Shown here: in pieces, positions 15,701-24,251 of the stretch
How positions within the stretch are numbered: position 1 is the stretch's first letter
Layout: each line of letters starts with the position of its first letter
Assembly: GCA_047651235.1 (NCBI GenBank)
Contig: CP178758.1
Location: 2,670,001-2,702,000 of the forward strand
Origin: Candidatus Electrothrix yaqonensis
GTDB taxonomy: Bacteria > Desulfobacterota > Desulfobulbia > Desulfobulbales > Desulfobulbaceae
Direction of reading: 5' to 3'
DNA length: 32,000 nucleotides
Position numbers and translations under genes: made by a program
Notes under the pieces: model-generated
Databases searched by the model: none
The model's input: the letters and a program-made list of their open reading frames with translations, nothing else
Told to the model about the DNA's origin: nothing

Positions 15701-16824
15701 CCGGCAGCGCGGACAATAGGTTTGCTGAGCGAACGAACTATCAGGACGGCCAAGGTGCCCACTAGACAAAAGGTCACCAGAAAGACCGCCATGATCTTCC
15801 TTTTCATCCTCCTGTCCGCCTCTGCACGTGCGCTGTTCATATCAGCTCCGGTTTTCAGCGCCGCTGCCTTGTCAAACTCACAGAGCAACGCCCAGCGGAT
15901 ACCGAAGATATCTACCGGTCTCCAGGAAGAAAGCACTGTTTCTCCTCGATAATCTTTTATGATACCGGTTCCGGTTTCGCCGTTCAGTGCCTTTCTGACA
16001 GCAGCAGTCGTGACTTTATTATCCTGTCTGAAGGACTCCTCTCTGCTGTAATTTTCTGGATCAAGAACAGAATCCGAGCGCATATATCCGTCCGCCCCGA
16101 CAAGATAGGCCTCCAGCCCCTGGTCCTTTTTTGACCCCATTTTGATCATATCCCGTAATGCCCTTGTTGAGGGCTGTATAGCCAGATAGCCGATGACCGT
16201 CCCCTTTTCATCCTCCACCCGGACCATAAGAAAAGCTGACGGCTCATTATTGTGCGGTGGATAGGGCGCGTAATCACCAAAGGAGATCCCGGCATCAGGC
16301 GTTGCCTGCAACCGGTCAAAGGCTATGCCCAGAGAGGTACTCCTGAGCGGTTCTCTGGTAAGAGACATACCGAGGTCAGACGCCTTGTTCGTAGAATAGG
16401 CAATATATCCGTTATTGTTGATCAGAAAGACATCTTCCCAACTGAAATACAGGGAGATATCCCTGAACCACTGATCATATTTTCCGGCAAGGGTATGCCA
16501 TTCCTCAGAGTCGGTCGAGTTGCCCCCTTCCGTAAAGGCACGATGAAAGGCTCTGAAAATATCCGGAAGCCAAGGAAGATTTCTGACCATAGACAACTTG
16601 CCCGACATCTCCTTGAAAAAATAAATAATCTGCTTTTCCTTGATCTGGCACATTCCTGAGAGCTGATCATAGGCCGTCTGTTCCACAGCAGACACCCCCT
16701 GATTCCCGACTGTCTTCAGCCCTTCCGAGGCAGTCATCAGGAGGGTCCAGCTGATAAACAGCAGGGGGATAATCCCCATACCGAGGTGGGATATGATCAA
16801 CTTCGCACCCAGGTTAAATCTCAT
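12703..16824 (-). CDS. hybrid sensor histidine kinase: TM - periplasmic Cache-like domain - TM - HAMP - GAF - coiled coil - HisKA - HATPase - REC x3
   Basis: H-box SHELRTPLN (His688). G-boxes DSGIGIP and GGTGLGLSIS. Three receivers with acceptor contexts ILDIRLPGIDG, MVLDLGLPDCNG and VLMDIMMPEMDG. TM helices at ~12-32 and ~344-364. Confidence 0.9.
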   Translation of the reverse strand: MRFNLGAKLIISHLGMGIIPLLFISWTLLMTASEGLKTVGNQGVSAVEQTAYDQLSGMCQIKEKQIIYFFKEMSGKLSMVRNLPWLPDIFRAFHRAFTEGGNSTDSEEWHTLAGKYDQWFRDISLYFSWEDVFLINNNGYIAYSTNKASDLGMSLTREPLRSTSLGIAFDRLQATPDAGISFGDYAPYPPHNNEPSAFLMVRVEDEKGTVIGYLAIQPSTRALRDMIKMGSKKDQGLEAYLVGADGYMRSDSVLDPENYSREESFRQDNKVTTAAVRKALNGETGTGIIKDYRGETVLSSWRPVDIFGIRWALLCEFDKAAALKTGADMNSARAEADRRMKRKIMAVFLVTFCLVGTLAVLIVRSLSKPIVRAAGIADSIASGDFKQRLHMRRLDEIGQMADALDRMADRVAKNFRYKTGMAELADRMRGELDVRALAQNVVTYLARFLEAQMASLYLARQDETNRDEKTLVLTGSYAFHKRRSINSRIRIGEGLAGQAALENTLISVTELPEDYVRINSTLGDASPCNILAVPFSHENDLIGVVEFAAFREFSDEVMDFLNDVTENIAVAFRSAQNRQQVEDLLAETQLQSQELKQQSEELQATNEELESQTTALKEFQQELESRQEELQATNAELEEKSEALVAQKDKIRLRNQELMEAKERIEERSKDLALASKYKSEFLANMSHELRTPLNSLLLLAQSLAENRERTLSKKQQRSADIIVESGHDLLNLINEILDLARIEAGRVVTEMAEVRLADLAETARTLFRHMAEKKGLDFSITIADGLPPVIITDRKRVEQILKNFLGNSIKFTTEGWIDLTFARMKERAAGLSEKLEPEQTIAISVKDSGIGIPAEKQKAIFEAFQQADGSTARKYGGTGLGLSISRELAALLGGEIALVSEADKGSTFTLYLPVSSRENNEQMNEQVKKLNEKPENVKKIPPLPTLAGQTAEPARKNIPAQQNQLIQSIPDDRSQLTDKDKVMLIIEDDQRFAEVLLQQCHEADFKALVTACGEEGLQLAEEYRPDGIILDIRLPGIDGWTVLNSLKSNAATRHIPVHMMSAEEVSRKALHQGAIGFLTKPVSREQLGEAFDRFESVINRKIKKLLVVEDDDTLRAALVELVGNSDTKTFEAKTGREVRELLAVQQFDCMVLDLGLPDCNGIELLRQLTENETDGAASIPPVIIYTGRELTREEERELNRYSDSIIIKDARSKERLLDETSLFLHRMVESMPAQKQQIIADLYDRDKIFQGKKVLLVDDDMRNVYALSGILEQKGMEVIIAENGRSALKQLARGQGIDIVLMDIMMPEMDGYEAMQKIREQKKFWKLPVIALTAKAMKEDREKCIKAGASDYLAKPVDVDRLMSMMRVWLYR
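14797..15093 (-). other. Glu/Gln-rich coiled coil with duplicated EELQATN(E/A)ELE motif, between the GAF and HisKA domains of the kinase
   Basis: Residues ~578-676 read QQVEDLLAETQLQSQELKQQSEELQATNEELESQTTALKEFQQELESRQEELQATNAELEEKSEAL. The two motif copies lie at 14992-15027 and 14908-14943. Confidence 0.8.
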
Positions 16825-17861
16825 CTTTTTTCTCCCGGAGAATCCTTTTTTTCTTCAGCCGGGTTCCCTGTCCGCTGAACTGTTGTCTGTTTATCTGCAA
16901 TGACGCGGTTTCTGCCGTTCTGTTTGGCCTGATACAGTGCCTTATCAGCAGCAGAAACCATGCAGCCGAAGGAATGGTGGGATTCTTTCCGGTAGGTGGT
17001 CACACCCATACTGACAGTCATTTTCGTGGAGTATACGCCGTCATCGATCAGATAGTCCGCACATATCCGGCGGATTTTTTCAGCTTTGCAGAGAGCTCCC
17101 TTCATACCGGTCTGGGGAAGCAGAATGATAAACTCCTCCCCGCCGAACCGGAAAACAAGATCAGATTCTCTGACATGGGCGAGCAGGAGAGCGGAAAATT
17201 CTTTCAGCACATAATCACCGAATTCATGGCCGAAGGTATCGTTAATTTTTTTAAAATAATCAATATCAAGCATAATAATGGAAAGTTCACTGCCGTGACG
17301 GCGGCACCGGCAGAATTCCTGCTTCAGACAAGTCACCAGATGACGGCGGTTGTACAGCCCTGTCAGGTCATCGTGGGTGGAGAGCCGTTCCAGCTGCTTA
17401 TTTTTTTCCAGAACAAGCTGTTTTGTTTTCTCAAGTTCACGGATAGTCTCCCGCAGCCTGATCTGCTGAAGATATATTTCAATAAAGAACCGTATCTTGC
17501 CTGCCAGGAATTCCGGGTTGAACGGCTTGGTGATGAAGTCCACAGCCCCGGACTCATACCCTTTAAAAATATGAAACTCATCAGAATAGATGGCGGACAG
17601 GAAGATAATCGGCAGATTGGCCGTCTGTTTTCTGTTTCGGATAAGCTGCGCCAGTTCATATCCGTCCATTTCCGGCATCTGGACATCAAGGATAGCCAGG
17701 GCAAACTCGTGCCGCAGAAGCTCCACGAGGGCATTATTGCCGCTTGTCGCCTTGATAAACTCTGCATCAATACCGCTGAGAACGCCGCTGAGTGAGGTTT
17801 CCAAGGCAACAAGATTATTCGGCTTATCATCAACGATAAGTACTTTGACCCTGTCCGTCAT
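16821..17861 (-). CDS. response regulator with GGDEF output (diguanylate cyclase, PleD/WspR-like)
   Basis: REC domain (LIVDDKP, ILDVQMPEMDG, FITKPF), a coiled linker, and a GGDEF domain with GGEEF at 17130-17144. An RESD motif lies exactly 5 residues upstream (RxxD I-site). The stop overlaps the kinase start by 4 nt. Confidence 0.9.
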   Translation of the reverse strand: MTDRVKVLIVDDKPNNLVALETSLSGVLSGIDAEFIKATSGNNALVELLRHEFALAILDVQMPEMDGYELAQLIRNRKQTANLPIIFLSAIYSDEFHIFKGYESGAVDFITKPFNPEFLAGKIRFFIEIYLQQIRLRETIRELEKTKQLVLEKNKQLERLSTHDDLTGLYNRRHLVTCLKQEFCRCRRHGSELSIIMLDIDYFKKINDTFGHEFGDYVLKEFSALLLAHVRESDLVFRFGGEEFIILLPQTGMKGALCKAEKIRRICADYLIDDGVYSTKMTVSMGVTTYRKESHHSFGCMVSAADKALYQAKQNGRNRVIADKQTTVQRTGNPAEEKKDSPGEKR

Positions 17862-17934
17862 ACAGAAAATTCAGCCGCAGGCCCGGCGTATCGGGCAGCC
17901 GGGCTCAGTAACAAATATGAAACGATAATATCCT

Positions 17935-17963
17935 ATTATATTTTATCACAGTGAAATTTTAAA
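17935..17963 (-). promoter_or_regulatory. candidate sigma70 promoter of the GGDEF-kinase-cheRB operon
   Basis: The minus strand reads TTTAAA-N17-TATAAT, about 75 nt upstream of the ATG at 17861. Confidence 0.3.
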
Positions 17964-18342
17964 GGTAATACGTTGAATAATTCCGTTGTCTATCATCCGT
18001 CTTTCCTGTCCGCCCGCATACAGATTTTCCGCTGCATTTTTCGGGACCGGAAAACAGGTGCAGCTGACGAACGCAGACTGGGCCTGCCACCCATCGCTTT
18101 TTGCTGATTAGCGATAGATATATGATTTAAAATAAAGCGTTACACAAAGATGTTCTCTTTTTACTTCCCTTGCATGTATGTGTACAGTAAGCGCATCTTG
18201 CGAAAGAAGTTTCATCCGGTCTGCGGAGTGTTCTTCCCGGACTCAAGAAAAGTCCTCTGTATAAGGAATGAAAATTTAATAACAACGGAACTTGCTGACA
18301 GGTCATTGACAATTTCATAGTTGCGTTTATTCTCATCCGGTT

Positions 18343-18534
18343 ATGAAGATAAAAACATATTCTCCTGAGATAGAAACGCGAATGCGTAATTTTTACGGCA
18401 GCCTGTCTGAAAAAGACCGCCGTCGATACGCCGCAGTTGAAGCGGAAAAGTTCGGATACGGCGGCATAACGTATATATGCGACGTGTTGCGGTGTGATTC
18501 TGACCGGGTCCGTCGCGGGATGAATGAACTGAAA
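18343..18534 (+). pseudogene. N-terminal stub (~64 aa) of an ISAzo13-family transposase
   Basis: LSEKDRRRYAAVEAEKFGYGGITYICDVLRCDSDRVRRGMNELK matches my memory of the ISAzo13 N-terminal HTH region (...RLWAAAEAxxxGxGGIxxVxxATGxSxxTIxRGxxEL). Similarity is lost after ~18534. Confidence 0.55.
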
Positions 18535-18536
18535 AT

Positions 18537-18692
18537 GACAACGGGACTGCCCGGCGTGGAACATCCCAGCATAGCACCGGGATTGGGGCAATGTACGGTC
18601 AGCTCATTACCGTCGGTGAGGAGGATGTCGGCGAGAAACCGCTTGTAGCGTCTGAGCAGGATGCCGGTCTGCCAGATCGGGGGAAGCTGCAT
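18537..18692 (-). pseudogene. sfsA: 5' stub (~52 aa) of sfsA (sugar fermentation stimulation protein A family)
   Basis: GILLRRYKRFLADILLTDGNELTVHCPNPGAMLGCSTPGSPV is collinear with the E. coli SfsA N-terminus (LIQRYKRFLADV...LHCPNTGAMTGC..PG). The rest of the ~230-aa protein is absent. Confidence 0.7.
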
Positions 18693-19005
18693 GAAACCGA
18701 AACAAGAGAGTTATTCCTTAAATAACGCAGATTGAAATCCCAAAGAGCGGCGCTGATATTGACAGCATTGTCGTCGAAATTTTTCTGGGATTGCGGAATC
18801 AATGAATTTGAGATCGTGACCGAAGCCTTCTCAGTCATACCAGAAAGAGCGGAACAGAGCAAGACGCGATTGTCCTGCGTTGAGATGATGATGGATTTTA
18901 ATGGGCAGTCCGGAGGTGAAGTGAAGGTGGTGTTGAAGAGGTGGGTTTGTAGCGGGAGAATAACCTTGGCAAATGCTAAATTGGATACCACATCATGCAT
19001 AACCA

Positions 19006-19572
19006 TCATGACTCGTTTTTTTTATTTGATATGCAAGACAATTCTAATATTGGTTGTTCAGCAGGTCTTGGCTTATCGATAACAAACGACCGGGCTCCTT
19101 TCCTCTCTTTGATCCAAGCTATGCTTAAATCGTCCCAAATGGTTTGATAAGAATCATGAAAATAATTAATTACATCTAAATTGAGTTGTTCGTCAGTCTT
19201 TCCTGCAAGATAATGATCAAGGTCATCTCGTAAATGGTAGAATCGAGCTTTTGCAAGCTCGTGCTCGATCCAAAGAGCGTGATAATTAAAGAAAGGTTCT
19301 AACGCGGTAAGAAGAGTGACAATTGCGCCAAATGCGAAAGCAATATTTTTAAAGGCTGGCTCAAACCCTTGTATCTGGAGGCCAAGTAAAATGGTGGCGA
19401 CAGCAGATAACGTCAGTCGAATGAGGATGATAACAGTTGCTTTAAATTGATTGCGAGTTCGTTTTTTCTGGGCATTATTGAGCGACCACTCAACACGCTT
19501 TATCAATAGATTAGCCTTGGTTCGGGCTTCAGACGTTTGCACTTTCTCGTCATCAGATAATGGCTTATCCAT
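19006..19572 (-). CDS. SLATT / DUF4231-like two-TM protein (188 aa), stand-alone
   Basis: The architecture is an N-terminal helix (RVEWSLNNAQKKRTRNQFK), two adjacent TM helices (ATVIILIRLTLSAVATILLGL and IAFAFGAIVTLLTALEPFF), then NYHALWIEHELAKARFYHLRDDLDHYL, which resembles the conserved post-TM helix of SLATT domains. The gene is AT-rich. Assignment from memory. Confidence 0.55.
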   Translation of the reverse strand: MDKPLSDDEKVQTSEARTKANLLIKRVEWSLNNAQKKRTRNQFKATVIILIRLTLSAVATILLGLQIQGFEPAFKNIAFAFGAIVTLLTALEPFFNYHALWIEHELAKARFYHLRDDLDHYLAGKTDEQLNLDVINYFHDSYQTIWDDLSIAWIKERKGARSFVIDKPRPAEQPILELSCISNKKNES

Positions 19573-19888
19573 GTTTTTTACGTCCTGATTATCTTTTATC
19601 CATTGATCATTTTAAAATCACACTTTTTTAAAGACAGATAGCCTACCATAAAATGGTAGTAATGGCTACCCTATGCTCACCCCTTCCCCGACGACACCAA
19701 GCCATCAAACTCTCCCTACAGGCGATTCCTGCTCCTGCTCTTTGCATTGGCGGGCTCGATTAAACGTTACGCTGCTGGCAGAAATCGGGTAGTATGCCCC
19801 ACGATAAACAGATAAAACTGAAGCCGGGATGCCGGGTGTCGGACCGGTTTCATATAAACTGCATAATTCCAATTATTCTTCATAGTAA

Positions 19889-22134
<2,246 letters not shown>

Positions 22135-22216
22135 TCTCCTGCGTTGAAACACATGGTTATAACACAGGGTTTCGCCCGCCCCTGCCGGGGCGGCAAGAGA
22201 GAAAAAGCATCCCGCA

Positions 22217-22978
22217 GTGCAATATCAGGTAATAATTTTTGATTTCGACGGAACCATTGCCGATTCCTTTAACCATTTTTGCATTATTCTCAACAGACTG
22301 TCAGAAGAATTCAGCTTCAGGACGGTTCTGCCGCATGAAGTTGATGCGTTCAGAAGGAAAAGCTCCAGAGAGGTCATTCGTGATCTCAGGATTCCTCTGT
22401 TCAGGCTGCCGAGAATTCTTGCCCGGGCAAGAAAGGATTTTAATGAGGTTATGCCGGAAATACAAGTTGTTCCCGGAATGAAGGAGGTGCTGTTTCAACT
22501 GAAGCGGCAGAACAGAACGATCGGTCTGCTGACTTCAAATGCATCGGAGAATGTGCAGTGTTTTCTGGAGAATAACGGGCTGGATATTTTCGATTTTCTG
22601 TACGCCTCGTCAGGACTGTGGGGCAAGGCAAGACGGTTGAAAAAAGCAATCGCCGGACATCGTTTTGACATCGACAAAGTCCTTTATGTCGGCGATGAAA
22701 CGCGCGATATTGACGTGGCTCGAAGGGCCGGGGTGAAGATTGCTTCTGTTGCCTGGGGCTATAATAGCCTGCAGACGCTCCGGGAGTTTTCTCCGGACTA
22801 TCTTGTTACCGAGCCTCATGAACTGCTGTCAATCTGTGCGGAGGATAATTATCACACGGGACGCGACAGGTATGGCAGAAAATTCCGTTCTGATCCAGTG
22901 CAAATATTTTATATCCTGCCGGTCATGCGGGAGGAGGAGAACGGCTGCAGAAAAAAATTCTGCAAATCCTCTCCGTAA
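22217..22978 (+). CDS. HAD-superfamily hydrolase (phosphoglycolate phosphatase-like)
   Basis: Motif I IIFDFDGTIADS, motif II LLTSN, motif IV YVGDETRDI. GTG start. The C-terminal ~40 aa look like a non-conserved extension. Confidence 0.8.
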   Translation: MQYQVIIFDFDGTIADSFNHFCIILNRLSEEFSFRTVLPHEVDAFRRKSSREVIRDLRIPLFRLPRILARARKDFNEVMPEIQVVPGMKEVLFQLKRQNRTIGLLTSNASENVQCFLENNGLDIFDFLYASSGLWGKARRLKKAIAGHRFDIDKVLYVGDETRDIDVARRAGVKIASVAWGYNSLQTLREFSPDYLVTEPHELLSICAEDNYHTGRDRYGRKFRSDPVQIFYILPVMREEENGCRKKFCKSSP

Positions 22979-23077
22979 AACATGGAATGTGGTACGCTGC
23001 AGATATGACGCTGAACAGGCAATGCAGAGCGGAACACAGAGCAGATCGGATTCAATCTTACAAGGGAGAGCAATTCA

Positions 23078-24235
23078 ATGAATGATATTCAACAACTGCA
23101 TATTGACCGCGAACGGCTGGCTGATACCTTTATCCGGCTGTGTGAAACCGACAGCCTCTCCCGGAAGGAGGGCCGCATGGCTGAACTGGTCACCAAAATC
23201 CTGTACAGTCTTGATGCACCGCTGCCCTTTGAAGACGATTCTGCTGAGCAGACCGGCTCGGAATGCGGCAATCTGATCTTCCGTTTTGCTGGCGAACCGG
23301 ACCGGGAACCTCTGTTTTTTGCCTGCCATCTGGACACGGTGGAGCCGGGAATCGGAATCAAGGTCGTCCGCAGCGAAGATGATATCTTTACCAGCAGCGG
23401 CAACACGATCCTGGGTTGTGACGATAAATCCGGCATTGCCGCCATGATTGAGGTTTGGCGGGTAATCCGGGAAAACAACCTGCCCCATGCGCCGATGGAA
23501 TTTATTTTCACCACCTGCGAAGAAATCGGCCTGCTGGGCGCCAAGGCCCTGAACCCCCAGCATATCCGGGCAAAAATGGGCTATGCTCTTGATTCCAATG
23601 AATTCGGCAGGGTGGTTATCGGGGCACCGGCATCCAACCGGCTCCGTATTACTGTCAAAGGCGTAGCGGCCCATGCCGGGCTGCATCCTGAAACAGGCGT
23701 CAATGCGATCACCTTGGCCGGAAAGGCCCTTGCAGCAGCTCCCTGCGGCAGAATCGACGAAGAAACCACGATCAATTTCGGCACAATTCAGGGTGGGGCT
23801 GCCTCAAATATTGTCCCGGAAGAGGTCGTTATTGAAGGCGAAGCGCGCAGTCATTCTCCGGAAAAACTGGAACAGGTGACCCGTGCAGCTGAACAGGCTT
23901 TCCGTAAAACTGTCGAGGACTGGAGTGATCCTGCAGGCACAGCGCGGGGTGTACCTGTCCTGAACTTCAAAGCTGAGGAAGATTTCCCGATCATGCAGCT
24001 GACTGCTGAAGATGCGGTGATCCGCCGTCTTGATCAGGCTGCGGAGCGCATCGGTATGGAGCTGCGTCATGAAGTTGCCGGAGGCGGCAGTGATGCGAAT
24101 ATTCTGAACGGCTACGGCCTGCAAACCGCCATCATTGCCACCGGTATGACCAATGTTCATTCCACGGACGAGCAGATCGGTCTTGAAGATATGGTGCAGC
24201 TTACCCGGCTGCTGCTCTCGCTTGTCAGCGGATAA
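23078..24235 (+). CDS. M20/M25/M40 family metallopeptidase (peptidase T-like)
   Basis: CHLDTV, GCDDKSGIAAM and TCEEIGLLGAK are the metal-ligand motifs of the M20 family. AAGGGAGAG lies upstream of the ATG. Confidence 0.85.
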   Translation: MNDIQQLHIDRERLADTFIRLCETDSLSRKEGRMAELVTKILYSLDAPLPFEDDSAEQTGSECGNLIFRFAGEPDREPLFFACHLDTVEPGIGIKVVRSEDDIFTSSGNTILGCDDKSGIAAMIEVWRVIRENNLPHAPMEFIFTTCEEIGLLGAKALNPQHIRAKMGYALDSNEFGRVVIGAPASNRLRITVKGVAAHAGLHPETGVNAITLAGKALAAAPCGRIDEETTINFGTIQGGAASNIVPEEVVIEGEARSHSPEKLEQVTRAAEQAFRKTVEDWSDPAGTARGVPVLNFKAEEDFPIMQLTAEDAVIRRLDQAAERIGMELRHEVAGGGSDANILNGYGLQTAIIATGMTNVHSTDEQIGLEDMVQLTRLLLSLVSG

Positions 24236-24251
24236 CCCGCCGGATAACCGA

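Noticed and set aside
16974-17795. 273-aa plus-strand ORF and 156-aa minus-strand ORF (17363-17833) over the GGDEF gene.
   Set aside because: They are antisense or out of frame relative to a gene with clear REC and GGEEF motifs, and neither has motifs of its own.
18127-18591. 154-aa and 78-aa minus-strand ORFs across the ISAzo13 stub region.
   Set aside because: They overlap the recognisable transposase stub on the other strand, and their Cys/Arg/His-rich odd composition shows no family resemblance.
22174-22194. GC-rich hairpin gcccgcccc-tgcc-ggggcggc after proB, and the small hairpin ctgctt-atgc-aagcag at 6772-6787 after manB; possible intrinsic terminators.
   Set aside because: Neither is followed by a U-rich tract on the relevant strand, so they are not called as terminators. 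They may still be structural or REP-like elements.
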